Positions 35,945 to 49,830 of a stretch of DNA of 64,000 bases are shown in pieces. This DNA is from an uncultured Gemmatimonadales bacterium (GTDB lineage Bacteria > Gemmatimonadota > Gemmatimonadetes > Gemmatimonadales > GWC2-71-9): contig CAWJMT010000003.1 of NCBI GenBank assembly GCA_963844035.1, positions 224,001 to 288,000 on the forward strand. The letters run 5' to 3'. Both the position numbers and the translations under genes were made by a program. The stretch's first letter is position 1. Each line of letters starts with the position of its first letter. Under the pieces are notes generated by a model. The model was not told where the DNA came from and ran no database searches. It was given only the letters and a program-made list of their open reading frames with translations.

Positions 35945-36732
35945 TGCGGGCCCGCACGCTGCTGCTCGGAGCGGTCGCGCTCTTCGCCGGAGGCCGCGCG
36001 ACGGGCCAGGAAGTGGAAGACTCGAGCGCCGCCATCAAGCGCTGGCCCTTCTGGGTGCGCCCGGCCGCTTCGCTGGTGGTCCCGGGCACCGGCCAGATGC
36101 TCGCGCACCAGGACCGGGCCGTGGTCTATATCGGCATCGAGGTCTACGGGCTCACACGGTATCTGCAGCTCACCCTCGCATCGCACGAGGACGCGAACCG
36201 ATTCCGCGACCTGGCATTTGAAGTGGCCCGTGCGGCGTTCAACCCCACGCAGCGCGATACCGTGTTCGAGTACTTCGAGACAATGCAGCGGTACGTGGAG
36301 AGCGGTGCATTCGACCGCGATCCGGGGTCGGGGTTTGCACCCGAGGTGGACACGACGACGTACAACGGATCCGTGTGGTTGACGGCGCGCCGCACCTACT
36401 GGCGCGACCCCAACGTGCCACCGGACCCTCAATCGCTCGAGTACGCCCGCGCCGTGCAGTTCTACGACACACATGCGGTGGGTCCCGGTTACCTTTGGTC
36501 GTGGCAGAACGCGGGCGAGGAGATGGGCGTGTACCGCGAGACCATCCGCAAGAGCGATAGCGCGTTCCGTCAGGCGCAGGATCAGCTCGGCATCTTGCTC
36601 GCCAACCATCTCGTGAGCGCGGTGGACGCATTGATCTCCAGCCGGCTGTCGAGTGCCGTCCACCGTCCGACAACCTGGCGGACCGTAGTGGGCCGGAGCA
36701 CCGCCGTCTTCAGCCTCTCGATCGCGTTCTAG
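35944..36732 (+). CDS. Secreted/membrane protein, DUF5683-like
   Basis: Signal peptide; ASLVVPGTGQ, NHLVSAVDA, C-terminal F. Confidence 0.6.
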   Translation: MRARTLLLGAVALFAGGRATGQEVEDSSAAIKRWPFWVRPAASLVVPGTGQMLAHQDRAVVYIGIEVYGLTRYLQLTLASHEDANRFRDLAFEVARAAFNPTQRDTVFEYFETMQRYVESGAFDRDPGSGFAPEVDTTTYNGSVWLTARRTYWRDPNVPPDPQSLEYARAVQFYDTHAVGPGYLWSWQNAGEEMGVYRETIRKSDSAFRQAQDQLGILLANHLVSAVDALISSRLSSAVHRPTTWRTVVGRSTAVFSLSIAF

Positions 36733-36754
36733 CGCATTTTGCCGCCCGGTTCGT

Positions 36755-36783
36755 TTGACACTTCAGGGTGGCAGTCCTAAGTT
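36755..36783 (+). promoter_or_regulatory. Sigma70-type promoter
   Basis: TTGACA-17 nt-TAAGTT upstream of SD GAGGAG and GTG 36816. Confidence 0.7.
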
Positions 36784-36815
36784 TAAGCGGGCTCGACCCT
36801 TACGCGAGGAGTCAG

Positions 36816-37784
36816 GTGCGAACGCGCCCGACGATTCTCTTCTTTTCGCCGGCTGGTCGTTCGGCGCCGCAGTTCCTGGCGCACTGGGTGGATGGGAAGG
36901 GCATCAGCGTCATCCACGTGACCGAACCAGCCGTGATCGAGGAGATGGTGCTGCGAGCGTTACCGCTGCTAGTGGTGATCGACGCCGACGCCCCAGGCCC
37001 GGCGGGGTTGGAATTGTGCACCCGGCTGAAGTCGGACTCCTACTCGGCCATCGTGCCCCTCGCGGCCGTCGCGGCCCGCCACACGACGGCTGCGGTCCAG
37101 GGCTGGTTTGCGGCTGGCGCGGACGAGGTCATCACACCGTTGTTCGAGCTCGCGGAGCAGACCAGCCGGTTGGACGGGCTGCTGGCGCGCACGGCGCGGG
37201 ATGTGGCGGTCAATCCCTCCACCCGGCTCCCCGGTACGACCGAGATCGACCGCGAGATTCGGCGGCGCATGGATCGGGGCGAGCGGTTCGCCGTGTGCTA
37301 TGCGGACCTCGACCACTTCAAGGAGTTCAACGACCGCTACAGCTACTACGACGGGGATCGGGTGATCAATCTCCTGTCGCGCATCCTGCATGACGTCGTC
37401 AAGGGGATGATCGGCGCTCAGGGATTCGTAGGCCACATCGGCGGCGACGATTTCATCGTGATCATTCCCCTCGAGGCCATCGCCCAGGTGTGCGGCGAGA
37501 TTCTCAACGTGTTCGATACCTTGATCCCGTTTCAGTACAACGAGCAGGACCGCCGTGCCGGGTATTACTTCGGCAAGGATCGGCGCGGGCAGCTGCACCG
37601 GGTGCCGTTGATGACGCTGTCGATTGGAATCGTGACGAACGAGCATCGCCGGTTCGCGCATCCGGCGCAGGTGAGTGAGCTCGCGACCGAGATGAAAAGC
37701 TACGCGAAAACCCAGACGGGGTCGGTGTTCGTCATCGATCGCCGTCGCGACCAGGATCCGGAAGAAGGCGGCGAGGGACGATAG
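36816..37784 (+). CDS. Diguanylate cyclase with atypical receiver domain
   Basis: REC-like N-terminus (LVVIDAD, AGADE); NPSTRLPG, YADLDHFKEFNDRY..GD, GHIGGDDF. Confidence 0.88.
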   Translation: MRTRPTILFFSPAGRSAPQFLAHWVDGKGISVIHVTEPAVIEEMVLRALPLLVVIDADAPGPAGLELCTRLKSDSYSAIVPLAAVAARHTTAAVQGWFAAGADEVITPLFELAEQTSRLDGLLARTARDVAVNPSTRLPGTTEIDREIRRRMDRGERFAVCYADLDHFKEFNDRYSYYDGDRVINLLSRILHDVVKGMIGAQGFVGHIGGDDFIVIIPLEAIAQVCGEILNVFDTLIPFQYNEQDRRAGYYFGKDRRGQLHRVPLMTLSIGIVTNEHRRFAHPAQVSELATEMKSYAKTQTGSVFVIDRRRDQDPEEGGEGR

Positions 37785-37786
37785 GC

Positions 37787-38717
37787 GTGAACGTAACCTG
37801 TCCGTCGTGCGAAACGGTGTACCGCGTGGACCCCGCGAAACTGCCCGCAGCGGGCGTGCGGGCGCGGTGTGCCGTGTGCAACAATGTGTTCGCCGTATCG
37901 ATCGCGCCGGTCGCTACGGCGGTCGCGGCGGCGGTGACTGCGGCCCCGGTTTTCGCGGCGGCCCCCCCGGCCCCCCCGGCCCGCGTCGCTCCCCCTGCTG
38001 CCGCGCCTCCGGCCACGTCGCTGACGCCGAGCCCGCAGGCGCCGCCCGTGGCCGCGCCGGTCTTTACGCCGGCCGCCGCGGCACCGCCAGCGGCACCACC
38101 CCCGCCGCCGCGGCCGCCGCTTGCCCCGCCCAGGCCGGCGATGCCGGCGGCTGCGGCCCCCGTGCCGCCTCCGGTGATGCCCGCAACGCCGCCACCGGCA
38201 CCCGCGTCCGCCGCTCGCGCGTCCCTCGAGTCCCGGGATCGCCGCGCCCCCGGGGCTCGGCGCCGCGCGCCCGCCCGCACCGTCACCGGCGCCGGTAAGC
38301 GTACCGGCATCGCCGCCGGCGCCGTCCCCTGCGGCCGTCCGGCCCGCCGCGCCTGCGGCGCCCGCTGCTCCTGCAGCCCCTCCAGCGCCCGCGGCGCCGC
38401 CCGCGCCGGCCCCAGCCGCGGGTCCGGGGCTGCGCGGGACCGGACCGCTCCGCCCGGTGAATCCGTTCATGGTGCAGGATCCGAAACAGAAGGCGCGGCG
38501 CTTGGCGCGAGCGCTGGTCTCGGATCTCGTCGTGTATCACCCGGAAAAGCGCCAGCAGGGAATTCGCGACGGCACGCTCGCCACGCTCTTCAAGGAGGAG
38601 ATCGAGAAGAGCTGGCAGGAGTATGTTGAGCAGATCGGCGCGGAGCTCGCGAAGAGCACGACGTTCTGGGGCGAGGCGCTCAACGAGATTCTGGCCGGGG
38701 GCGGCAAGGTTTTCTAA
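37787..38717 (+). CDS. MJ0042-type zinc-ribbon protein with Pro/Ala linker and helical C-terminal domain (frameshifted)
   Basis: CPSC..YRVDPAKLPAAGVRARCAVC; C-terminal DPKQKARRLARALVSDLVVYH..FKEEIEKSWQEY..ALNEILA. Confidence 0.75.
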
Positions 38718-38728
38718 GGAGATGCATC

Positions 38729-39829
38729 GTGGCCCTATCTGAACGGTTTCGTGAGTTCGACCGGCGCGTAAACGAGCTTCGGAGTTTCCTTTGACGTAGC
38801 AGGGAAGACGAAGCGATTGGCAGAGCTGGAGCACGCCATGGCCGAGGGAGGCGTGTGGTCCGATCCCGCGCGCGCGCGCCAGGTGGTTGACGAGGTCAAG
38901 GATCTCAAGCGCTGGCTTGAGCCCTACGCCGCGTTGCGCAAGCGGCTCGACGACGCGCAGGCGTTGAACGACCTTGCCGAGCCGAGCAGACCGAGGACCT
39001 CGCCCAGGAGCTTGAGGCCGAGGCGCAGCAGATCGAGGCGCGGCTCGACGCGCTGGATCTCCAGAGCATGCTCCGCGGCCGGGATGACGGGCGCGACGCC
39101 CTGCTCACCATTCACCCCGGCGCGGGCGGGACGGAGTCGCAGGACTGGGCCGAGATGCTCATGCGGATGTACATCCGCTGGGCGGAGCGGCACGGCTTCA
39201 AGGTCGAGATGCTCGACCTGGTTGAAGGGGAAGAGGCCGGGATCAAAGCGGCCGAAATCCAGATCAGCGGGCAGTACGCGTACGGCCTCCTTCACGCGGA
39301 GAAGGGTGTGCACCGCCTGGTGCGGATTTCCCCCTTCGACGCACAGTCGCGCCGCCACACTTCCTTCGCATCGGTCTTCGTCTACCCGGTGGTGGATGAG
39401 GACATCGAGATCGAGATCGACCCCGACGACTTACGTATCGACGTGTTCCGCGCGTCGGGGAAGGGTGGCCAGCACGTCAACAAGACGTCCTCGGCGGTCC
39501 GGATCACCCACCTCCCGACGGGGATCGTGACCTCCTGCCAGCAGGAGCGGAGCCAGCACAAGAACAAGGCGACGTCAATGAAGATGTTGAAGGCCCGCCT
39601 GTACGAGCGGGCGGTCGAAGAGCGCGAGGCCAAGAAGGCCGAGGTGGACAAGGAGAAGACGGACATCGCGTGGGGGAACCAGATCCGTTCCTACGTGTTC
39701 CAGCCGTACACCATGGTGAACGACCATCGCACCGATCTGAAGGTGACCGACGTGCACAAGGTGATGGACGGCGATATCGATCCGTTCATCGAGGCATTCC
39801 TGAAGCGTCCCGGAGGCAAGGCGGCGTGA
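38729..39829 (+). CDS. prfB: Peptide chain release factor 2 (programmed +1 frameshift; extra indel ~38990)
   Basis: SD AAGGAG, GTG 38729, 21 codons to [34 protein letters not shown]. Confidence 0.96.
38780..38795 (+). promoter_or_regulatory. prfB programmed +1 frameshift site
   Basis: CGGAGT-TTC-CTT-TGA-C; the +1 frame joins the downstream RF2 ORF. Confidence 0.92.
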
Positions 39830-41301
39830 GCGGTTTCGTAGAAGCGGCGCGGCAGGAAAAGCTTCAGGAACTTGTGAAACGCGGAGTCGCCCCGTTCGCC
39901 TACCGGTTCGAGCGGTCGGGTCACGCGGCGGAGGCGGTGGCCGCCTACCGTGGCGACGACGATCCGACCGTCCATCGGCTGGCGGGCCGGCTGGTGGCGC
40001 TCCGCCCCCATGGCAAGACGACCTTCGCGCACCTGGCGGATCAATCAGGGAAGATCCAACTCTATTTCAAGCTCGACGAGTTCGGCGCCGCCGAGTACGA
40101 GCTGCTCGCCCTGCTCGACCTCGGCGACTTCGTCGGGATCGAGGGCCCCCTCTTCAAGACCAGGACGGGCGAAATCACGGCGCGGGTGCAAAAACTGACC
40201 CTGCTCGCCAAGTCGCTCCGTCCCCTGCCGCTCGGCAAGGAGGACGAGAGCGGGGTGCGACACGGGGGGTTGGCAGACCCGGAGCAACGTGCCCGGCAGC
40301 GCTACGCCGATCTGGCGGTCCACCCGGAGGTGCGGGCGCTATTCGCGCTGCGCTCCCGCGTCGTACGCCAGATTCGCGCCTTCCTCGACGCTCGCGGGTA
40401 CCTAGAGGTGGAAACGCCGGTGCTCCAGCCGCTGTACGGCGGCGCCGCGGCGCGCCCGTTTACCACGCACTACGAAGCGCTCGATGCGACGATGTACCTG
40501 CGGATCGCGGACGAGCTGTATCTCAAGCGCTGTATCGTGGGTGGCCTCGAAAGAGTGTATGAGATCGGGCACGACTTCCGTAACGAAGGGTTGTCGCGGT
40601 TTCACAACCCCGAGTTCACGATGCTCGAGTGGTACGAGGCGTACGCGGACTACGACCGGATGCGCGAACTCACGGAGGAGCTATTGGCGACGTTGACCGC
40701 CGACCTGTTCGGGACTACCACGCTCCAGCGGCACGGCGCCTCCCTGTCGTTCGCGCGGCCCTTCGCCCGCAAGGACTTCTACACCCTCGTGCGCGAGGCG
40801 GCGGGCGTCGATCTCGCGACCGCGTCCGAGGAAATGCTCCGGGCGGCGCTGCGACGCCGCAGCGAGGAGAAGGTGGATACCATGTCGGGCGCGAAGCTCA
40901 TGGACGAGGTCTTCAAGACGTACGTCGAGCCCACGCTCATCCAACCGACGTTCGTCATGGACTATCCCGTCGCGCTGTCTCCCCTCGCGAAGATCAAGCG
41001 CGACGATCCCACGAAGGTGGAACGGTGGGAGCTGTTCATCCATGGTCGTGAGATCGCGAACGCGTTCAGCGAGCTCAACGACCCCGAGGAGCAGCGGCGC
41101 CGGTTCGAGCAGCAGGCGCGGTTCCGCGCCGCGGGTGATCAGGAGGCCCAGCAACTCGATGAAGATTTCCTGCGCGCCCTGGAGTACGGCATGCCGCCCA
41201 CCGGCGGCGTGGGACTCGGGGTGGATCGCCTGATGATGCTGCTCGCCGATCAGGCCAACATTCGCGACGTCATCCTGTTTCCCATGCTGAAGCCCGAATG
41301 A
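39826..41301 (+). CDS. lysS: Lysine--tRNA ligase (class II)
   Basis: [53 protein letters not shown]. Confidence 0.97.
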   Translation: MSGFVEAARQEKLQELVKRGVAPFAYRFERSGHAAEAVAAYRGDDDPTVHRLAGRLVALRPHGKTTFAHLADQSGKIQLYFKLDEFGAAEYELLALLDLGDFVGIEGPLFKTRTGEITARVQKLTLLAKSLRPLPLGKEDESGVRHGGLADPEQRARQRYADLAVHPEVRALFALRSRVVRQIRAFLDARGYLEVETPVLQPLYGGAAARPFTTHYEALDATMYLRIADELYLKRCIVGGLERVYEIGHDFRNEGLSRFHNPEFTMLEWYEAYADYDRMRELTEELLATLTADLFGTTTLQRHGASLSFARPFARKDFYTLVREAAGVDLATASEEMLRAALRRRSEEKVDTMSGAKLMDEVFKTYVEPTLIQPTFVMDYPVALSPLAKIKRDDPTKVERWELFIHGREIANAFSELNDPEEQRRRFEQQARFRAAGDQEAQQLDEDFLRALEYGMPPTGGVGLGVDRLMMLLADQANIRDVILFPMLKPE

Positions 41302-42635
41302 CGGCGGCTCCGGCACTCTGGGTGAGCATCGCCGCGGGCACTGCGCTGCTGCTCGTGGCGCTGCGGTTCCGGCGCGATCTCTGGCCGGGCCCGCTCGAGC
41401 GGCAGATTGCGCTGCGCTACCTGCGCGGCCACCGCTCGTCCCGCCTGGTGTCGCTGATCACGCTCATTGCCGTCGGCGGCGTGACGGTCGGCGTCATGGC
41501 GCTCGTCCTCGTGCTCGGCGTCATGAACGGGTTGCAGTCCGATCTGCGCGACAAGATTCTCGTAGCCAATCCGCATTTGCGGGTGTTGACGTACGGGGAA
41601 GGGTTGCGGCTCGACGCCTGGCGCCGCATCCGCCGCGACGTCGCGGAAACGCCGGGCGTTGTGGCCGTGGCGCCGTTCGTCATGACCCAGGGGTTGATCA
41701 GCGCCGGCCATGACTACGCCGAAGGGGTCATCGTGCTGGGCGTCGATGCCGACACCGGCAAGCGCGCGGTCACGAGCCTCGCCCGGCACTTCGTGAAGGG
41801 CGATCTCCAGTTCCGCCCCACCCGCTCGGACGTTGAAGGAGGGATCGCACTGGGCGCGCGGTTGGCCAATAAGCTCTCGGCGTTTCCGGGCCAGGTCGTG
41901 ACCCTCGTGTCACCGGCAGGAGCCCGCTTCAATCCGAGTGTGGGGGCCTACGTCCCCAAGTTCCGTCGCTACGAGGTGACGGGTCTGTTCGAGACCGGGA
42001 TGTACGAATACGACAACAGCTACGTCGCCCTGGGCCTCTCGGCCGCGCAGCGGTTCGCGGGCCTCGACACGTCGATGACGGGCATGGAGGTGCGGCTGGC
42101 GAATCCCTGGGAGGCCGAGCGCATTGGGCAGGCGCTCGAGGCCCGGCTGGGCTATCCCTATCGCGTGCTCGACTGGCAGTCGCAGAATTCGTCGCTGTTC
42201 TCGGCGCTGAAGCTGGAGAAGCTGGCCATGGGTCTCGTGGTGTTCCTCATTTGCATCGTGGCGGCGTTCAATGTCGTCGGGACGCTGACGATGGTGGTAC
42301 GCGACAAGACGCGCGAGATCGGCATTCTGCTCGCCATGGGGCTCGCGCGGGCGTCGGTCGGCCGCATTTTCCTGGCGCAGGGGATTCTCATCGGCGTGGT
42401 GGGAACGACCCTGGGGGCGACCCTGGGCCTGGTGGTCGGGGGGATGGTGAATTCGGGGGAATGGATTCGCATTGACCCCTCGGTGTACTTCATCGATCAC
42501 CTCCCGGTGCGCACTCAACCGCTGGACGCGCTGGCGGTGATTGCGGCCAGCCTGTTCATCGCGACCCTGGCGCCGCTCTATCCGGCGGTGCAGGCCGCGC
42601 GGCTCGATCCCGTGACCGCGATCCGCTACGAATGA
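41298..42635 (+). CDS. lolC: Lipoprotein-releasing ABC transporter permease
   Basis: IALRYLR, GVMNG, FETGMYEYD, LFSALKLEK, KTREIGILLAMG, YPAVQAARLDP. Confidence 0.92.
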   Translation: MTAAPALWVSIAAGTALLLVALRFRRDLWPGPLERQIALRYLRGHRSSRLVSLITLIAVGGVTVGVMALVLVLGVMNGLQSDLRDKILVANPHLRVLTYGEGLRLDAWRRIRRDVAETPGVVAVAPFVMTQGLISAGHDYAEGVIVLGVDADTGKRAVTSLARHFVKGDLQFRPTRSDVEGGIALGARLANKLSAFPGQVVTLVSPAGARFNPSVGAYVPKFRRYEVTGLFETGMYEYDNSYVALGLSAAQRFAGLDTSMTGMEVRLANPWEAERIGQALEARLGYPYRVLDWQSQNSSLFSALKLEKLAMGLVVFLICIVAAFNVVGTLTMVVRDKTREIGILLAMGLARASVGRIFLAQGILIGVVGTTLGATLGLVVGGMVNSGEWIRIDPSVYFIDHLPVRTQPLDALAVIAASLFIATLAPLYPAVQAARLDPVTAIRYE

Positions 42636-43333
42636 CGACGCTGCTCGAGGCCCGCGGGGTCCGCAAGGTGTTTGCGGGCGGCGATGGCCAGCCGCTCGAC
42701 GTGCTGCGCGGGGTCGATCTCGACGTCCGCCGCGGCGAAGTGGTGGCGGTCGTCGGCGCCTCGGGGGCGGGGAAGAGCACGCTCCTCCACATGCTCGGGG
42801 CGCTCGATCGCCCGACCGCCGGCGACATCTGGCTCGATGGCTCCCGCTACTCGGATCTGGGGCCCGAGAACCTTGCCGAGATTCGCAACCGGCGGTTGGG
42901 GTTCGTGTTTCAATTCCATCACCTGCTGCGGGAGTTCTCGGCGCTCGAGAACGTGATGATGCCGCTCTTGATCGGCGGGATGTCGCCCCGGCTGGCGCGC
43001 ACGCGTGCGGAGGAGATTCTGGCGCACGTCGGGCTCGCCGGGCGCATGACCCACCGGCCCGCCGAGCTATCGGGGGGGGAGCAGCAACGGTGCGCCGTGG
43101 CACGGGCCCTGGTGCATGATCCCAGTCTCATCCTGGCGGACGAGCCGTCGGGCAATCTGGACCACGCCAACGCGGACCGCCTGCACGATGTATTTTTCCG
43201 CTTGGCGCGGGAGTTTGAGACGGCGGTCATGGTAGCGACCCACAACCGGCAACTTGCCGCGCGGGCGGACCGAATCCTCTGGCTCGAGGACGGTCGCATC
43301 ACCGTGGTGGACTCGGTGGACGCGATACCTTGA
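42632..43333 (+). CDS. lolD: Lipoprotein-releasing ABC transporter ATPase
   Basis: GASGAGKST, GFVFQFHHLL, LSGGEQQR, LADEPSGNLD. Confidence 0.93.
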   Translation: MTTLLEARGVRKVFAGGDGQPLDVLRGVDLDVRRGEVVAVVGASGAGKSTLLHMLGALDRPTAGDIWLDGSRYSDLGPENLAEIRNRRLGFVFQFHHLLREFSALENVMMPLLIGGMSPRLARTRAEEILAHVGLAGRMTHRPAELSGGEQQRCAVARALVHDPSLILADEPSGNLDHANADRLHDVFFRLAREFETAVMVATHNRQLAARADRILWLEDGRITVVDSVDAIP

Positions 43334-43827
43334 TGGTGTGCGACAACTGTAAAGAGCGCGATGCGGTCATCAACCTGACGCAGGTGGAGCACGACTCCAA
43401 GGTCACGCTCCACCTGTGCGAGCAGTGCGCGCAGGACAAAGGGGTCGAGACCGGTGTGGCGGTCCTCAAGTCGCCGCTCGGTGGGTTCATCACGGCGATG
43501 GGAAAGGGGGCGGCGAACCTGCTGCCCACGCCCGCCGACGGTCTCCGCTGCCCGTCCTGCGGCGCTACGCTCAAGGACTTTCGAGAGACTGGACGGCTTG
43601 GCTGCGCCGAGTGCTACGAAGCCTTTGATACCCACCTGCGGGACCTGCTGCGGCGCTTGCATGGATCGAGTCAACACGTCGGGGAGCGCTACGCGCCGCC
43701 GGGCGACGAGGAGTCGGATCCTCGGCACCGCCTGCTCGATCTCAAGGATCAGCTGCGGCGCGCGGTCGAGAACGAGAATTTCGAGCTCGCCGCCGACCTG
43801 CGGGACCGGATCCGGGTGCTCGAATGA
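43333..43827 (+). CDS. mcsA: McsA (zinc-binding activator of McsB, UVR domain)
   Basis: Four CxxC motifs, GRLGCAECY, HGSSQHVG, ENFELAADLRDRI. Confidence 0.93.
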   Translation: MVCDNCKERDAVINLTQVEHDSKVTLHLCEQCAQDKGVETGVAVLKSPLGGFITAMGKGAANLLPTPADGLRCPSCGATLKDFRETGRLGCAECYEAFDTHLRDLLRRLHGSSQHVGERYAPPGDEESDPRHRLLDLKDQLRRAVENENFELAADLRDRIRVLE

Positions 43828-44897
43828 TCGATCTCTCGCTCCTCCCTGATGGCGGGATGAGCTGGCTCGACGCCTCCGGCCCCAAGGGGAGCATCGTCCT
43901 GTCCACCCGGATTCGCCTCGCCCGCAATCTCGCGGGCTACGCGTTCAGCCAGCGCGCGCGGGACGGCGACCGGACCGCGATTCTCACCCGGGTGGAAGAG
44001 GCGGTGTCCGCGAGCGACCTGCTCGGGGGCGCCAGCGGCTTCCGGCTGGACCAGTTGGAGCGGGGTGACCGCCAGCTCCTGCATGAGCGCCATTTGGTGT
44101 CCAAGGAGTTGGCGGGGTTGGACCGCGAGGCCCGTCCGCGTCCCGGCGCCGCCCTTCTCGTCCAAGGTCCCATCGGCGTGATGGTCAATGAGGAAGACCA
44201 CCTGCGCTTGAACGGGTTGCGGTCAGGGTTCGCGCTCGAGGAAGCCTATGCCCATTTGGAGGCCGCAGATGGGGAATTGGGACGGCTGCTGCCCTTCGCG
44301 TTTCACCCGGAATTTGGCTATCTTACGTCCTGCCCGACCAACGCCGGGACGGGGTTGCGGGCGAGCGTGCTTATCCACTTGCCGGGCCTAGTCTTGACGA
44401 AGGAAATCGGCAAGGTTTTGCAGGGCCTCTCCCAGGTCGGACTGACGTTTCGGGGGCTGTACGGGGAGGGGAGCGAGGTCGTCGGAAACTTCTTCCAGCT
44501 GTCGAACCAAACGACGTTGGGTAAGTCGGAAGAAGAGCTGCTCGATCACCTGGGCAAGATCGTCCGGCAGGTGATCGAGTATGAGGAGCAGGCCCGCGAG
44601 ATCCTGCTCCGCGAGGCCACGACGATCGTCGCGGACAAGGTGTGGCGGGCGTATGGCACGCTGCGCCATGCACGTACGCTCACGTTCGAAGAAACGATGA
44701 ACCTGTTGAGCGGCGTGCGGCTGGGTGCCGGGTTGAATCTGATCACCGGCTTGAGTGTATATACGTTGAACAAGTTGCTGATCTTCACCCAACCTGCACA
44801 CCTGGCGACGTTCGAGGGTCGCTCGATCGGCGACCCAGAGTTACCCACGGTGCGGGCCACGTATGTACGACGCGTCCTTGATGCCGAAGCAGGATAG
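43824..44897 (+). CDS. mcsB: Protein arginine kinase McsB
   Basis: STRIRLARN, VNEEDHLR, GYLTSCPTNAGTGLRAS, RGLYGEGSE, QLSNQTTLG. Confidence 0.95.
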   Translation: MIDLSLLPDGGMSWLDASGPKGSIVLSTRIRLARNLAGYAFSQRARDGDRTAILTRVEEAVSASDLLGGASGFRLDQLERGDRQLLHERHLVSKELAGLDREARPRPGAALLVQGPIGVMVNEEDHLRLNGLRSGFALEEAYAHLEAADGELGRLLPFAFHPEFGYLTSCPTNAGTGLRASVLIHLPGLVLTKEIGKVLQGLSQVGLTFRGLYGEGSEVVGNFFQLSNQTTLGKSEEELLDHLGKIVRQVIEYEEQAREILLREATTIVADKVWRAYGTLRHARTLTFEETMNLLSGVRLGAGLNLITGLSVYTLNKLLIFTQPAHLATFEGRSIGDPELPTVRATYVRRVLDAEAG

Positions 44898-44906
44898 GCG
44901 GGGGCA

Positions 44907-47383
<2,477 letters not shown>

Positions 47384-47387
<4 letters not shown>

Positions 47388-49783
47388 CGCGCCGGCTCCC
47401 TCTCGGCATCCTTGTAGCTGTCGTCCTGGTCGCCCCGAGCCTCAGCGAGGCTCAGGGCGATCAAACGTCACGCCCGGTTGACTCGATCGCGGTCGTAGGC
47501 ACGCGGCGCGTCGATCCCCAGCAGGTGGTGGAGGCAAGCGGGTTCGTCACCGGGCGTCCTTTCAGCTACCGGGAAGTGCAGCGCGCCGTGCGCTCGCTGT
47601 ATGCGACCGGAGAGTACTCGGACGTTCACGTGCACGAGCGCATGCTCGACGGCCGCCGCGTGGTCGTCATCACCGTGCGCGAGCGGCCGCTGCTGCTCAG
47701 CTGGACGCTGCGCGGTGCCTCGCGGGTGTCCGAGGGCAAGCTCAAGGGCAAGTCGCAGCTCGTTGATGGCCGTCCGTTCGATCCCGCCGGCTTGATTCGT
47801 TCCGTCGCCTTCATGGATTCCATCTACCGGGCGGAGGGGTACTACCTCGCCCGGGTGCGCCCGTTGCGGGTGTACGACGCCGACTCCAGCCACGTTCGGG
47901 TCACGTTCGAAATCGACGAAGGGAGCCGTGTCGCGATCTCGCGGGTGGAGATCGAAGGCAATACGCACTTCTCGATCGGCAAGCTCGTTGGAAAAATGAA
48001 AAGCCAGCCGGAGGGATTCATGTGGTACCAATCCGGCGAGTACGACGACGACAATCTTCGCGGGGACGTGGCCGAGCGATTGCCGAAATTCTACGGCGAC
48101 CATGGGTACGTCGACTTTCAGGTGCTGCACGACACGCTGCTCGTGAACGAGGCGAGCGGCAAAGCCAAGCTGTTGATGCGGGTGAGCGAAGGCGAGGTAC
48201 GGCAGGTCGGCACGTTCGAGATCGTCGGCAACCGGAAGTTCTCGACCGACGAGCTCGAGAGTTACTACCCGTTTGCCCGCGGCAACGTCGACCGCCTGCT
48301 GGGGCGCGCGCCGAAGGGGCCCGTGGTGTTCAACCAGGAGAAGTGGGAGGCGGCGACCCGGGCGGTGCAGACGTTGTATTTCAACAACGGCTACATCTAC
48401 ATGAACCTCCGCCCTGATATCATTCGTCGCACGGACGCCCAGGGGCGACCGATCGTCGACCTGCGGTGGGTGCTGACCGAGGGCCAGCCGGCGATCGTCA
48501 ACCGCATCGAGATCGTCGGCAACGAGCTGACGCGCGAGCGGGTGATCCGGGACGCGATCACGCTGCTCCCGGGCGACGTGTTCCGCCAGGACGCCATGAT
48601 CCGCTCCTATCAGAACATTTCCAACCTGGGATTCTTCGAGCAACCGCTGCCATTCCCCGAAACGCGGCCGGCCAACGACCAGGGCGACATCGACATCATT
48701 TTCAAGGTGGTGGAACGGCACACCGGCCAGATCAACTTCGGTGCGTCGCTCGGGCAGGGAACCGGAATCGGCGGGTTTATCGGGCTCGAGGAGCCCAACC
48801 TGTTCGGCCAGGGAAAGAAGGGCCGATTCCAGATCCAGCTCGGCCAGAACCTGAATCAAATCGACCTGTCGTATACCGACCCGGCGATCCGTGAGTCGCG
48901 CATTTCCGGTACCCTGGGCTTGCACGATACCCGGGTCATCTACGTGATCTCGAACCTCGGTACGCTGCGAACCCGAGGCGGTAACCTGCAGATTGGATTT
49001 CCGGTGCTGAAGGACCGCTACAGCCGGATGACGCTGTCGTATGCGCTGGACAACCAGACCTTTACCGGCACCAGCACCGACACCGCGTTTGCGTTCGTGT
49101 TCGGCTGCAACAACTGTCTCCGGTCAACCCTCGGCGCCAGCCTGTCGCGCGACACGCGTGTCGAGCTGCCGTTCCCGACCGGAGGAACATTCCATCAGGT
49201 CAGCCTGTCCCAGAGCGGCGGTCCGCTGGGCGGCACCGGTAACTTCCAGCGGGTCGAAATCCAGGGGCATTGGTACGCGACGCTCGCTCACCTGGGGGAC
49301 CAGCGTGGTGCCATGAAGGTCGCCCTGGGTTTGTCGGCGCGCTCGGGCCTCGTGTTCGGCTTCGCACCATTCTTCAATCAGCTGTTCGCCATGGGTGGTA
49401 CCCAGTTCGGGATCCCGCTGCGCGGCTACGACGAGTTTTCCATCACGCCCCGGGGGTTCGACCCCAGGGCGGCGGGCGGGATTGCGAACCCCCGGGCCTT
49501 CGGTAAGTCGTATATGGCGATGACGGCGGAGGTTGGGGTGCGCCTGTCGGGCATGCTGTACCTGAACACCTTCTACGACGCCGGCAACGTGTGGGCCCAA
49601 GCGAGCGACTTTAACCCCTCGCGCCTCTTGCGGGGCGCGGGCGTGGGCCTCAGCATGGTGTCGCCGGTGGGACCGCTCGGACTTGCCTTTGCCTACGGCT
49701 TCGATCGGACGGACCTGAACGGCAACCCGACGCCCGAGTGGAAGCTCCACTTCAGCATCGGCCAGACGTTCGTCCAGCAATGA
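47384..49783 (+). CDS. bamA: Outer-membrane protein assembly factor BamA
   Basis: Signal peptide, POTRA repeats, NLFGQG, LRGY motif, SPVGPL, terminal strand LHFSIG. Confidence 0.94.
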
Positions 49784-49830
49784 TGTCCCGCGCCGGCGGC
49801 GGCGCGACACCCTGTTTCCCGGAGACGGCT

